Notes: generated by a model not told the origin, from the letters alone. Positions 18,154 to 28,243 are shown, counted from the stretch's first letter. The stretch: 50,222 nucleotides of DNA from Desulfobacterales bacterium (GCA_049284575.1 JBAPYE010000144.1:1-50222); one strand, 5' to 3'. A program made the numbers and translations.

Positions 18154-18235
18154 CGGTGCTTGCCCAAGAAGGTCATTGACATGGTAAGCAATCCTCCTTA
18201 AGACAAGGTTCACGTCTGCAATCAAGGAAAAGCTC

Positions 18236-20404
18236 ATGGGCATCGCCCTTTCCCCCCATGCCCGGCTGGTGCTGGAAAAACGCTATCTGCACCGCGACCC
18301 CACCGGCGCTACCCTCGAAACCCCCGAAGCGCTTTTCCAGCGAGTTGCCGCCAGTATTGCGGCGGTCGACACCCGTTTCGACCCCGCGGCGGATGCCGCC
18401 AGAACCCGCGAGCGGTTCTATCGCCTGATGGCAAGCCTCAGGTTTTTGCCCAACTCCCCAACCCTCATGAACGCCGGGCGGCCGCTGGGGCAGCTGGCCG
18501 CCTGTTTCGTGCTGCCCATCGACGACACCACGGACAGCATCTTCGAGACCCTCAAACACACCGCTCAAATCCATAAAAGCGGCGGCGGCACCGGGTTTTC
18601 CTTTTCCCGGCTGCGCCCCCGCAATGACATCGTCGCCTCCTCCGCCGGGGTTTCCAGTGGACCGATCGCCTTCATGGCGGTCTTTGACGTGGTCACCGAA
18701 ACCGTGAAACAGGGCGGAACGCGCAGAGGCGCCAACATGGGGGTGCTGCGGGTGGACCACCCGGATATTGAAGCGTTTATCACGGCCAAAAACGATTTCG
18801 AGCGGTTGACCAATTTCAACCTGTCGGTCGCCATCACCGACAGCTTCATGCAGGCGCTGGCCCATGGCGAGCAATACCACCTGATCAACCCCCGTACCGG
18901 CCAAGTTACCGGCAGCCTGCCGGCCCAGCAGGTCTTCGACCGGATCGTCGACTGCGCCTGGCGCTCCGGAGAGCCCGGCGTGCTTTTCATCGACCGCATC
19001 AACCGCGACAATCCGACCCCTCTGCTGGGTGCGATCGAAGCCACCAACCCCTGCGGCGAGCAGCCCCTGCTGCCCTACGAATCCTGCACCCTGGGCTCCA
19101 TCAACCTTTCGGCCATGGTGGTCAAAAACCAGATCTCCTGGGGGCGATTGAAACAGACGGTGCGCGCCGGGGTCCATTTTCTGGACAATGTAGTCGAGGC
19201 CAACCGCTATCCACTGACCATCATCGAAAAAATGAGCCGGGGAAACCGCAAGATCGGCCTCGGGGTCATGGGGTTTGCCGACATGCTCATCAAATTGGAC
19301 ATTGCCTATGACTCGGAGGCGGCGGTGGCCAAAGCCGAGCGCCTGATGGCGTTCATTGCCGCGCAAGCCCGCCAGGCATCAGCCGATCTGGCCCGCAAGC
19401 GGGGCAACTTCCCGAATTACCCGGGAAGCCGCTTCGACACCCCCGAGACCCCGCTGATGCGCAACGCCACCGTCACCACCATTGCCCCCACCGGCACGCT
19501 CAGCATGATTGCCGCCACCTCCAGCGGCATCGAACCGCTTTTTGCCGTGGTCCATGACCGCCGCGTGCTGGACGGCGAAACCCTCTGCGAAGTCCACCCG
19601 CTGTTTGCGCAAGCCGCCCGGAAGCAGAAATTTTACAGCCAGCGGGTGATCGCTGAAATCGCACGCTCGGGCTCGCTCCGGGGGGTTTCGGAAGTGCCGG
19701 ATACGCTTAAAAAGGTTTTTCGAACCGCCCAGGACATCGCGCCGGAGTGGCACGTGCGGCTTCAAGCCGCGTTTCAGCAGCACACCGACAACGCCGTTTC
19801 AAAGACGGTCAACTTCCCCGCGGCGGCCAGTCGGACCGAAATTGCCCAGGTTTTCCTGGCGGCCTACGGCAGCGGCTGCAAAGGGGTCACCGTCTACCGC
19901 TATGGCAGCCGGGACCGGCAGGTGTTAAACATCGGCGACGCCGACGGCGAACGCCCCCAAATTGCACCGCGGCCACGTCCTGAGCGCACCCGGGGGGTTA
20001 CCGAGCGGATTAGCACCGGTTGCGGCAAACTCTATGTAACGGTAAACACCGATGGGGAGGGGCTGTGTGAGGTCTTCGCCAAAATGGGCAAAACCGGGGG
20101 CTGCGCATCCTCGCAGATCGAGGCGGCTGGCCGCCTGATTTCACTGGCGCTGCGCTCCGGGATCAATGTGGAATCCATCGTGCGCCAGCTCAGCGGGATT
20201 CGATGCCCCGCCCCGGCATGGCAGAACGGGAAAATGGTGCTTTCGTGTCCGGATGCCATCGCCCAGGTGCTGGGAAACGTGACCGGCACCGAAACTTGGG
20301 CGGGCGAGGCGATGATGGGCGCCTGCCCGGACTGCGGCGGCACCCTCACCCACCAGGAGGGGTGTCTGATGTGCCCTGCCTGCGGATTTTCAAAATGCGG
20401 CTAG
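18236..20404 (+). CDS. nrdJ: Adenosylcobalamin-dependent (class II) ribonucleotide reductase
   Basis: 722 aa: LEKRYL...FLPNSPTLMNAG...CFVLPIDD...KSGGGTGFSFSRLRP...NPCGEQPLLPYESCTLGSINL...SKTVNFP. The C-terminal Cys-rich tail is CPDCGGTLTHQEGCLMCPACGFSKCG. Confidence 0.93.
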   Translation: MGIALSPHARLVLEKRYLHRDPTGATLETPEALFQRVAASIAAVDTRFDPAADAARTRERFYRLMASLRFLPNSPTLMNAGRPLGQLAACFVLPIDDTTDSIFETLKHTAQIHKSGGGTGFSFSRLRPRNDIVASSAGVSSGPIAFMAVFDVVTETVKQGGTRRGANMGVLRVDHPDIEAFITAKNDFERLTNFNLSVAITDSFMQALAHGEQYHLINPRTGQVTGSLPAQQVFDRIVDCAWRSGEPGVLFIDRINRDNPTPLLGAIEATNPCGEQPLLPYESCTLGSINLSAMVVKNQISWGRLKQTVRAGVHFLDNVVEANRYPLTIIEKMSRGNRKIGLGVMGFADMLIKLDIAYDSEAAVAKAERLMAFIAAQARQASADLARKRGNFPNYPGSRFDTPETPLMRNATVTTIAPTGTLSMIAATSSGIEPLFAVVHDRRVLDGETLCEVHPLFAQAARKQKFYSQRVIAEIARSGSLRGVSEVPDTLKKVFRTAQDIAPEWHVRLQAAFQQHTDNAVSKTVNFPAAASRTEIAQVFLAAYGSGCKGVTVYRYGSRDRQVLNIGDADGERPQIAPRPRPERTRGVTERISTGCGKLYVTVNTDGEGLCEVFAKMGKTGGCASSQIEAAGRLISLALRSGINVESIVRQLSGIRCPAPAWQNGKMVLSCPDAIAQVLGNVTGTETWAGEAMMGACPDCGGTLTHQEGCLMCPACGFSKCG

Positions 20405-20420
20405 GAAGGCCCGGGAGGAC

Positions 20421-21002
20421 CTAAAAGAGGTAGCGGATCAAGATGAAGCCCAGCACCAGCAACACGCAGAAGGCAACGGCCAGTGTGTTGAAATAGCGGT
20501 CTATGAAGCGTTGGATACGCGGGCCGAACGCATGGATCAGACCGCCCAGAATAAAAAAGCGGGCCGAACGCGACACCAGCGAGGCGACCAGAAAAACCCA
20601 GAAGTTGACCTTGAACATCCCGGCGGCGATGGTGAAGACCTTGTAGGGAATCGGGGTAAAGCCGGCAATCCCCACGGCCCACGCATCGTAGCGCTGATAG
20701 ACGCCTTCGATGAAGTGGACCTTGCCCTCCAGACCGTAAAAGGCGACAATGCGCTCACCGATGGCCGCCATGAACTGCCAGCCGATCAGATACCCCAGAA
20801 CCCCGCCCAGAACCGAGCCGACGGAACAAACCAGGGCGTATTTGAGAGCTTTGGCCGGAACCGCCACGGCCAGGGCGATCAGCAGGATGTCCGGGGGGAT
20901 GGGGAAAAAGGAGGATTCGCAGAAGGCCAGAAGGAAAAGAGCCCACGTGCCGTAAGGGGTATCGGCCCAGTGCAAAATCCAGTCGTAGAGGCGCCGCAGC
21001 AT
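20421..21002 (-). CDS. DedA/YqaA family (SNARE-associated) membrane protein
   Basis: 193 aa: ...WALFLLAFCESSFFPIPPDILLIALA...GGVLGYLIGW... Confidence 0.8.
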   Translation of the reverse strand: MLRRLYDWILHWADTPYGTWALFLLAFCESSFFPIPPDILLIALAVAVPAKALKYALVCSVGSVLGGVLGYLIGWQFMAAIGERIVAFYGLEGKVHFIEGVYQRYDAWAVGIAGFTPIPYKVFTIAAGMFKVNFWVFLVASLVSRSARFFILGGLIHAFGPRIQRFIDRYFNTLAVAFCVLLVLGFILIRYLF

Positions 21003-21005
21003 CAG

Positions 21006-21662
21006 TTATTTTTCCCAGCCATGCTCCCCCACCAGTTTGACAAAACGGCACCCGCCCAAGCTGACCCGGTGAATGCCGTCTTCGTCGCGGTAGAGCTTCA
21101 CCAGATCCTGCGTGAACTGGTCCCCCACCGGGATGACCATGCGGCCCCCCACGGCAAGCTGACTGAGAAGGGTTTTAGGGATTTCAGGCGCCCCGGCCGT
21201 CACCACAATGGCGTCAAAGGGGCTTTCCTCCGCCCAACCGCACGTCCCGTCGGAGTAGCGGGTGACGATGTTGTGGTAATGCAGGCGATCAAAAGTTTGA
21301 CGGGCCTTGACCAGCAGGGTGTGGATGCGTTCGATGGTGTACACGCGGTAGGCGATCTCGGCCAGAATGGCCGCCTGGTAACCGGAGCCGGTGCCGATTT
21401 CCAGTACCCGGTCGTCGGCATTCAGCTGCAGGGCCTGGGTCATTTCCGCAACGATGTAGGGTTGAGAAATGGTCTGCTGCAGGCCGATGGGAAGCGGGAA
21501 ATCACCGTAGGCCTGGTCCATCAGGGCCTCGCTGACAAACATATGCCGCGGCACCTTGCGCATGGCGGCCAGGACCTTGGGGTCCTTGACCCCGCGGGCC
21601 TCTATCTGGCGCAGGACCATTTCCTCGCGCTGGCGGCGGAATTTCATCGAATCGGCTTTCAT
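21006..21662 (-). CDS. pcm: Protein-L-isoaspartate O-methyltransferase
   Basis: 218 aa: ...[42 protein letters not shown]... Confidence 0.92.
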   Translation of the reverse strand: MKADSMKFRRQREEMVLRQIEARGVKDPKVLAAMRKVPRHMFVSEALMDQAYGDFPLPIGLQQTISQPYIVAEMTQALQLNADDRVLEIGTGSGYQAAILAEIAYRVYTIERIHTLLVKARQTFDRLHYHNIVTRYSDGTCGWAEESPFDAIVVTAGAPEIPKTLLSQLAVGGRMVIPVGDQFTQDLVKLYRDEDGIHRVSLGGCRFVKLVGEHGWEK

Positions 21663-21832
21663 GGATAAATCATCTATCGACTCCGCCGGTTCAGGTCAAG
21701 ACATTAGAAGGGGCGTCGACGAACATGCCGCGCTTCGCCGGCGCCCGCGAATCGGCCGTCGCCCAAAAACCGCCGGTCTTGACAAAGGACGCCATTGACA
21801 GGCCGCTTGGCGCCGCGGTTTTCGGCTACGGA

Positions 21833-22420
21833 TCAGATCTTGTAGATCACCCGGTTTTCCGTGATGATGATGTCCACGTGCTTGTCGTGGGATTCCATCG
21901 GCACTTGCGGTAGGATCTGCGCTTCAAGGGAAAGGGCAACCTTGCGGGTCGTAACGGGCAGGCGCGGAATCAGACGGTCATAGTAGCCTTCGCCGGTGCC
22001 GACCCTGCCCCCTTTTTCATCGAAGGCGATTCCCGGAACAATGGCGATATCGATCCGATCGATGGGCACCAATTTGCATCGAGTCGGATCGGGCTGGTGG
22101 ATGCCGGCAGGCCCGAGGATCAAATCTTTGCCCAAATTGTCAACCTTCAATAGTTTCATTCGGTGGCGGGCGGGATCCAGGGCCGGCAGGACCACGATCT
22201 TGCCGATCTGCAAACAGCGCTTCAGAATCTTCTGGGAAGAAACCTCTCCTTTGCGGTTGTAGTAAAGAAATATTATTCTGGATTCGAGAAAATTGGCGAA
22301 TTCGAACAAACGGGTTTCGATGGCGTCATATCCTTTTGAGATCTCATCAGATGAAAGCGAACCCAGCCTTTCACTGACCTCTTTGCGGATTTCACGTTTT
22401 TTTTCCTTGATATGATCCAT
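21833..22420 (-). CDS. 5-formyltetrahydrofolate cyclo-ligase
   Basis: 195 aa: KKREIRKEVSERLGSLS...IAIVPGIAFDEKGGRVGTGEGYYDRLIPRL..., the MTHFS family C-terminal motif. Confidence 0.85.
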   Translation of the reverse strand: MDHIKEKKREIRKEVSERLGSLSSDEISKGYDAIETRLFEFANFLESRIIFLYYNRKGEVSSQKILKRCLQIGKIVVLPALDPARHRMKLLKVDNLGKDLILGPAGIHQPDPTRCKLVPIDRIDIAIVPGIAFDEKGGRVGTGEGYYDRLIPRLPVTTRKVALSLEAQILPQVPMESHDKHVDIIITENRVIYKI

Positions 22421-22671
22421 TACCTAACTCCACGGTTGATGCGGTTGTCTTTTGATTGCCCCGGATCGGTTTCAACCCACAAAAATAATTGACCAATTTA
22501 ATTGCTCATGCTAAAGTCCTGGATTACTTATCGAACATCGCCCCATCCATTTAATACCAAATGTCTGACTTTCTCGAATGCGACCGATTGTTCCGCCAAA
22601 AGTCGGCCGTTTAATAACACCCTGTTTACAAAGCTAAATTTTCAGCAAATACTGAAACAATAGGACCGTTT

Positions 22672-23946
22672 ATGCTCGAAATCAAGCTGCTAAGAGAAAA
22701 ATATTCTGAAATCGAAAAAGCCCTTTCAAACCGCGGCGAAAAGATTGACCTGCCGGCGATGCGGGAGCAGGACAATCAGCGTCGCGCGCTTCTGCTGGAA
22801 ATCGAATCCCTGCGGCATCGGCGCAACACCGTTTCCCAGGAAATCGCCGCGATGAAGCAAAAGGGTGTCGACGCGGAGCCCCTTGTTTTGGAAATGCGCA
22901 CCGTTTCCGCCCGAATCAAGGAGCTTGACCTCTCTCTGGGGGCCTTGGACGAAACCCTGAACCACTTCCTGATGCGTCTGCCCAATATCCCTCACGACTC
23001 CGTTCCGGTAGGCAAAAGCAGTGAAGACAACCCGGTGCGCAAAAAGGTGGGAAAAGTGCCGGCCTTCGACACGCCCCCCCAGGCGCACTGGACCATCGGC
23101 GAAAATCTACAAATACTCGATTTCGAGCGCGCGGCCCGAATCGCCGGCGCCCGCTTTCCCCTCTACATCGGTGCCGGTGCCCGGCTGGAAAGGGCATTGA
23201 TCAACTTTATGCTGGACGTGCACACCGGCGACCACGGCTATACTGAGGTTTTACCCCCGTTCATGGTCAACCGCAGCACCATGACCCACACCGGCCAGCT
23301 GCCCAAATTCGAGGAAGACCTCTTCAAGCTGGAAGGTTGGGACTACTTCATGATCCCGACCGCCGAAGTGCCGCTTACCAATATTCACCAGGGGGAAATT
23401 ATCGAGGAGGACCGTCTGCCGATCTACTACACGGCCTACACGCCCTGCTTCCGCAGTGAAGCGGGCTCCTACGGCAAAGACACCCGCGGTCTGATCCGCC
23501 AGCACCAGTTCAACAAAGTTGAAATGGTGAAATTCGCCACTCCGGAAACCTCCTATGACGAGCTGGAAAAAATGCTGACCAATGCCGAGGCCATTCTCCA
23601 GCGGCTGGGTCTGGCCTACCAGGTGCTGACACTTTGCACGGGTGATATGGGCTTTTCGGCCGCCAAAACCTATGATATCGAGGTCTGGATGCCGTCCCAG
23701 GGCGTCTACCGTGAAATTTCCTCCTGCAGCAACTGTGAAAGTTTCCAGGCGCGGCGTGGGGATATCCGTTTCCGGCGCAAGGGTCAGAAAGGCACCGAAC
23801 TGGTGCATACCCTGAACGGATCCGGCCTTGCCGTGGGAAGGACCGTGGCCGCCATTCTGGAAAATTATCAACAGCCCGACGGCTCGGTCGTAATCCCCGA
23901 GGCGTTGCGGCCCTATATGGGTGGAATGGAGCGGATTGCCAGATGA
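22672..23946 (+). CDS. serS: Seryl-tRNA synthetase
   Basis: 424 aa: [22 protein letters not shown] (coiled-coil arm), followed by class II motifs ([46 protein letters not shown]). Confidence 0.95.
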   Translation: MLEIKLLREKYSEIEKALSNRGEKIDLPAMREQDNQRRALLLEIESLRHRRNTVSQEIAAMKQKGVDAEPLVLEMRTVSARIKELDLSLGALDETLNHFLMRLPNIPHDSVPVGKSSEDNPVRKKVGKVPAFDTPPQAHWTIGENLQILDFERAARIAGARFPLYIGAGARLERALINFMLDVHTGDHGYTEVLPPFMVNRSTMTHTGQLPKFEEDLFKLEGWDYFMIPTAEVPLTNIHQGEIIEEDRLPIYYTAYTPCFRSEAGSYGKDTRGLIRQHQFNKVEMVKFATPETSYDELEKMLTNAEAILQRLGLAYQVLTLCTGDMGFSAAKTYDIEVWMPSQGVYREISSCSNCESFQARRGDIRFRRKGQKGTELVHTLNGSGLAVGRTVAAILENYQQPDGSVVIPEALRPYMGGMERIAR

Positions 23947-25454
23947 AAATCGACGATTTCCCCGAAGACATCCGGCCGCTGCTGATCCCCAAACCCACAG
24001 GCGCCTTAGTTTACCGCTGCCTGGGGTGTGGCGCACGGCACGGCATTCTAAAACTGCTCTACACCTGCCCGCAATGCGGCCAGGTGCTGCTGATCCACAA
24101 CCCGGATTTCGACCGCTTTAAGGCAATTGCCCCCCGAACCTGGCAGCGGCTCTTCGATTGCCGCAAGATGCTGACGGTCCCGGCGCTCAAGGGCATCTAC
24201 CGGTATCACGAATTCATCGGCCCGGTCATTCCCCTGGACGCCATCGTCTACCTCGGCGAAGGCCACACCCCCGTCGTAGAGGCCAACGGGATCATGCAGG
24301 AACGCGCCGGCATGCGGTTTTATTTCAAGAATGACGGCCAGAACCCCAGCGCCTCCTTCAAGGACCGCGGCATGGCCAGCGCGCTGAGCTACATCAACTA
24401 CCTGTTGCGCGAAGGATACGTGTCGGACGTTCTGGCGATCTGCGCTTCCACCGGCGACACCTCCGCGGCCGCGGCGCTTTATGCCGCTTACCTGAAGCCG
24501 CATGTCAAGTCGGCCGTGTTGCTGCCCCACAAAAAAGTCACCCCCCAGCAACTCTCCCAACCGCTGGGCAGCGGTGCCGATGTGTTTGAAATTCCGGGGG
24601 TCTTTGACGACTGCATGAAAGTCGTCGAGGCGCTCTCGGAGCGCTACGCCGTTGCCCTCCTGAATTCCAAAAACGCCTGGCGGATTCTCGGCCAGGAATC
24701 GTATTCCTACGAAATCGCACAGGATTTCGAGTACGATCTCGCCCGCAAGGTTGTCGTCGTGCCCATCGGCAACGCCGGGAACATCACCGCGGTAATGAGC
24801 GGGTTCTTGAAATTTTACGAAACGGGCATTATTCAGCACCTGCCCAAGATCATCGGGGTTCAGTCCAGCCACGCCAACCCGGTTTTCCGCTATTACCGTG
24901 AGCAGGACCCCGCCAAACGCAAATTTGAGCCGGTCACCGTTCGCGCCAGCGTCGCCCAGGCGGCCATGATCGGCAACCCGGTTTCCATGCCCCGGGTGGT
25001 TTATCTGGCGGATCTTTACAATCAAACCGCCGGCGGCCAGCGGGTCTTTTTCGTGGAGGTCTGCGAACAGGCCATCATGGATTGGGAGCTTTGGGCCAAC
25101 CGCAACGGCCACATCGCCTGCACCCATGGCGGTGAATCGCTGGCCGGTCTGGTCGCCGCCCGTGAAAAAGGCTTTGTTTCCGCAGATGAGGTGGCGGTTA
25201 TCGACTCCACGGCCCATGCGCTCAAATTTTCAGGCTTTCAGGAAATGTACTTTGAGGGCCGCTTTCCCGCGGAGTTTGAAATCACACCCGACCCCGCCCT
25301 GATCAACCGCCCCCGCCTGGTCCGCCCCGAGGATCTGGAAAAATTTCCGGCACCCGGCAGACCGCTGACTGGAGCGGACTTTCACCGTTTTGTCGACCGG
25401 GTCTGCGAGGAAATCGCCGCGGCCCTGGACCTTAAAAAGGTAAAAACGCCATGA
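23943..25454 (+). CDS. Threonine synthase-family PLP enzyme with N-terminal Zn ribbon (archaeal-type ThrC-like) and a C-terminal extension
   Basis: 503 aa. The N-terminus has CLGCG...CPQCG, and the PLP lysine motif is [11 protein letters not shown]. It has a fold-type II beta-family core and an extra tail of about 90 aa. Its ATG overlaps the serS stop (ATGA at 23943-23946). Confidence 0.8.
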   Translation: MKIDDFPEDIRPLLIPKPTGALVYRCLGCGARHGILKLLYTCPQCGQVLLIHNPDFDRFKAIAPRTWQRLFDCRKMLTVPALKGIYRYHEFIGPVIPLDAIVYLGEGHTPVVEANGIMQERAGMRFYFKNDGQNPSASFKDRGMASALSYINYLLREGYVSDVLAICASTGDTSAAAALYAAYLKPHVKSAVLLPHKKVTPQQLSQPLGSGADVFEIPGVFDDCMKVVEALSERYAVALLNSKNAWRILGQESYSYEIAQDFEYDLARKVVVVPIGNAGNITAVMSGFLKFYETGIIQHLPKIIGVQSSHANPVFRYYREQDPAKRKFEPVTVRASVAQAAMIGNPVSMPRVVYLADLYNQTAGGQRVFFVEVCEQAIMDWELWANRNGHIACTHGGESLAGLVAAREKGFVSADEVAVIDSTAHALKFSGFQEMYFEGRFPAEFEITPDPALINRPRLVRPEDLEKFPAPGRPLTGADFHRFVDRVCEEIAAALDLKKVKTP

Positions 25455-27280
25455 TCACCACCCCATGGGCAGATCGGATTTCAGGGTTTCTGCTCTTACT
25501 GGCTTTTCTTTGCAGCGCTTTGACGGCACCCCAGCCTGCCGGCGCCGGCTTTCTTTACAAAACCTATGTGGTTCAGCAAGACCGCGGTACGGACATCCTT
25601 TGCGATCCCTACATGGTTCAAAAAAATGACTATGTGCTGAAAGTTTTTCGGCAAAAAGGGGAAATCTCCACCGCTGATTTTCAGGAATTCCTGGGCATTT
25701 TTCAGCGAATCAACCCCCATATCCCGGACATCAATATCATTCTGCCCGGCCAGAGCCTTTTTATTCCCCTCAAAAAGCTGAAGCCCGACACCTTTCCCGG
25801 GCAGGAAACGGGTGTGATCACGATCCCGTTTGTCACCCTTTCCAAGGTGTCGGATCTGATTTCCTCCTACAGCTCTGAATACCAGATCCAGCCGGGGGAC
25901 ACCATTTCGGTTTTGATTGCCAGGCAATTCGGCGATTACGGCTCGGAAATTTACAAAGAGGGCATCAAACTTTTCAAACTCAACAACCCCGACATCAAAA
26001 ACCTGAACCGGATCTATGCCGGGCAGAAGATCCAGCTGCCTGACCCCAAACTGGTAAATGAGGACTGGTACGAGTCGCTTTTCGACAGCACGGGTGCCCT
26101 TCGCGCCGACATTGATCCAGCGCCCCGGGGCGTCACAGCACCCGAACCGGCCGCCCCAAACGAACCGATCGCATCCAGCCCCCAGCTCCCCATCCCAAAA
26201 CCGGAGCAGGAACTGGCCAAAATGGCCGACTCCGCCTTTGAAGCCGCCGCCGCCGCCCTGGACGCCAAACTGTCAGCCAGCGGCAGGTATTACTTCCCCG
26301 GCCAGGACGGCCAGGATGTCGCGCTGGATCTTGCCCTCAGCCCGTTGATGGAATTCAGCAACGGCACGCGTCTGATCTTTCCCCTGGAAGACCGCCTCCC
26401 GGAAAAAGACATCGCGGTCATCAAAGCCCACTGGCCCCAGGCCAAGATTGCGCCGCTGCCCGCCGGCGCCTCGGCGGAAAAAGTCCTGGAGGCCGCGTTT
26501 CACTCCCTGGGCAGCGAATTGCTGGACAACGAACTGGCCTTTGGCGACAACGGCATCGGGGTCATCGTGCGGGCCCGCTGGATCCTTCAGGAGCCGGCCG
26601 GTGCGGGGATGACACCCCGCCGGGAATGCATCACCCTGATCGACTCAGCGGCGGAGACCACCCCCGACGCCATCAGCCGCTATTTGGAGCAGAACAACAT
26701 CATCCTCCGGGAAGTCTTCAAAGGAAAGGAACTCACACGCGGCAACGGCAGGGTGCTGCGCTACACCATCCCGGATGCCGCCCGAAACGCCATTGAAGGT
26801 TCGACACCCGACGATTTGTTAAAAACCGTAACCGCCCTTCTGGGCCTTCAATACACCGAGAAGACAACCATTTCCTTTCCCTACGGCGGGATCCAGATTG
26901 CGGCCACCTCAAACTTGATTTCATCGGAAGACGGCCAAAAAATCCTCGTCGATTACGGTGAGCTTTACGGGGACGCCGTTTCCCTGATCCAAAAAACCGG
27001 GTTGGACATCATCCAGATCAAAGCCGATGACGGCGCCAGCAGCATTCTGCGCAAGGTCTTCACGGCGCTGAAGGTCCCCTTCGCGGAGAACCCGGTTTTC
27101 CTGGCGGCGAAACGACCGGAAACCTATAATGTGGCCATCACAATCCCCGGCTTTCGGGTCACCCGGCGCGACGGCGATCTTTTGATCAGCGCGGTTCCGC
27201 TGCACTATGAAATCGCCCAATTCTTGATTGAAAACGGGGTCAAAATCGTAAATTTGACCTATGGTCCTGACCCTCGATGA
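25451..27280 (+). CDS. Secreted protein with two LysM-like peptidoglycan-binding repeats and an uncharacterised ~350-aa C-terminal region
   Basis: 609 aa with a signal peptide (LLLLAFLCSALTAPQPAGA). The LysM-like repeats are YMVQKNDYVLKVF...INIILPGQSLFIPL and YQIQPGDTISVLIARQFG...NRIYAGQKIQLP, followed by a Pro-rich linker. An ATGA overlap joins it to the preceding gene. Confidence 0.7.
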   Translation: MITTPWADRISGFLLLLAFLCSALTAPQPAGAGFLYKTYVVQQDRGTDILCDPYMVQKNDYVLKVFRQKGEISTADFQEFLGIFQRINPHIPDINIILPGQSLFIPLKKLKPDTFPGQETGVITIPFVTLSKVSDLISSYSSEYQIQPGDTISVLIARQFGDYGSEIYKEGIKLFKLNNPDIKNLNRIYAGQKIQLPDPKLVNEDWYESLFDSTGALRADIDPAPRGVTAPEPAAPNEPIASSPQLPIPKPEQELAKMADSAFEAAAAALDAKLSASGRYYFPGQDGQDVALDLALSPLMEFSNGTRLIFPLEDRLPEKDIAVIKAHWPQAKIAPLPAGASAEKVLEAAFHSLGSELLDNELAFGDNGIGVIVRARWILQEPAGAGMTPRRECITLIDSAAETTPDAISRYLEQNNIILREVFKGKELTRGNGRVLRYTIPDAARNAIEGSTPDDLLKTVTALLGLQYTEKTTISFPYGGIQIAATSNLISSEDGQKILVDYGELYGDAVSLIQKTGLDIIQIKADDGASSILRKVFTALKVPFAENPVFLAAKRPETYNVAITIPGFRVTRRDGDLLISAVPLHYEIAQFLIENGVKIVNLTYGPDPR

Positions 27281-27312
27281 ATAACTCTTAAATCGGCAAT
27301 GACGGGAAAAAA

Positions 27313-28083
27313 ATGCGCAAAATATCTTATTTCGTGATGATCGGACTGGCAGCGGCGCTTCTTGCCGCCTGTGCCTCGCAACAACCTGTCTCGGACAAAA
27401 AAAAGGCGGAGGCCTCCAGAAACCTGGGCGAGGCCTTGATGCAGCAGGGGGATTATCCTGCCGCCTTGAAAGAGTTCCTCGCCGCCGAAAAGCTCAACCC
27501 CGAGGACCCGATTCTGCAAAACGACCTGGGGCTTTTTTACCGCATCAAGGACCGCCTGGATCTGGCGATTCATCACTTCAAGCGGGCCATCGAGCTGAAG
27601 CCCGGTTACGCCGTGGCCCAAAACAATCTTGGTGAAGTCTATCTCCAGAAAAAAGAGTGGGATACCGCGATCGTCATATTCAAGGAGTTGAGCGAAAACC
27701 TTCTCTATGCCACCCCCCACTACCCGCTCACCAATCTCGGCTATGCTTACTACAACAAGGGCGACTTCACTTCGGCGGAAGCCTACTATCTGAAAGCCCT
27801 CAAGATCCGTTCCGATTTCCTGCCGGCCCTCTTGGGTCTGGGCAAAACATACATCGCCATGGGAAATGGGCCGGAGGCTGTCGCCAAATTGGAAAAAGCC
27901 GTGGGTATGGCGCCCCTGGCAGCGGAGATCCATTTTTTTCTGGGCCAGGCCTATCAACTCAACCAGGAATACACCAAGGCCCTGAGCGCTTACGATCAGG
28001 CCGCCGCCGTTGAGCCCGACAGCGCCTTTGCCGCCAAAGCGCGCCAGGAGGCCGGGATTCTGCGGCAGCATTACGGCTCCTGA
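27313..28083 (+). CDS. TPR-repeat lipoprotein (PilF/PilW/Tgl-like candidate secretin pilotin)
   Basis: 256 aa with lipobox LLAAC|AS and at least 5 TPR units (GDYPAALKEFLAAEKLNPEDP..., LDLAIHHFKRAIELKPGY...). It is convergent with pilQ. Confidence 0.7.
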   Translation: MRKISYFVMIGLAAALLAACASQQPVSDKKKAEASRNLGEALMQQGDYPAALKEFLAAEKLNPEDPILQNDLGLFYRIKDRLDLAIHHFKRAIELKPGYAVAQNNLGEVYLQKKEWDTAIVIFKELSENLLYATPHYPLTNLGYAYYNKGDFTSAEAYYLKALKIRSDFLPALLGLGKTYIAMGNGPEAVAKLEKAVGMAPLAAEIHFFLGQAYQLNQEYTKALSAYDQAAAVEPDSAFAAKARQEAGILRQHYGS

Positions 28084-28178
28084 AGCCCCGGCGGCGTTTT
28101 TAAGCGACCCGCGACCGTCTCATTGCGGTTGAGCCCCCCAAGCACCCCTTGGGGTGAAAACGGTGCCGTACAGCCCAA

Positions 28179-28226
28179 ACGCAAAGCCCCGGTGACCGTT
28201 GGTCACCGGGGCTTTGCGTGTTTTCA
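28179..28226. terminator. Strong bidirectional intrinsic terminator between the TPR gene and pilQ
   Basis: ACGCAAAGCCCCGGTGACC-gtt-GGTCACCGGGGCTTTGCGT forms a 19-bp perfect stem, followed by GTTTTC on the + strand. CCCAAA precedes it, which gives a T-tract on the - strand. A second small hairpin, CCCCAAG-cacc-CTTGGGG, lies around 28133-28155. Confidence 0.8.
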
Positions 28227-28243
28227 GAAGGCCAGGAGAGATC

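Noticed and set aside
18154-18235. Cobalamin riboswitch or NrdR box upstream of the B12-dependent nrdJ
   Set aside because: The gap is only 82 nt, too short for a B12 riboswitch. It has no B12-box-like GCCACTG element and no NrdR-box palindrome. Only a weak TTGACA-17-TAAGAC promoter-like element is visible.
17245-19366. 332-aa and 397-aa - strand ORFs (17245..18243 and 18173..19366)
   Set aside because: They are antisense to the LysR regulator and nrdJ. Their composition is arginine-, glycine- and aspartate-rich shadow sequence.
20511-21668. 385-aa + strand ORF
   Set aside because: It is antisense to the dedA/yqaA and pcm genes, both of which have clear family motifs on the - strand.
22421-22671. 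T-box leader upstream of serS
   Set aside because: I found no T-box consensus (AATTAGGGTGGTACCGCG-like), no specifier-loop arrangement and no terminator/antiterminator pair. T-box control of serS is a Firmicutes trait.
24048-25217. 389-aa - strand ORF
   Set aside because: It is antisense to the ThrC-like gene, which carries the SFKDRG PLP motif on the + strand.
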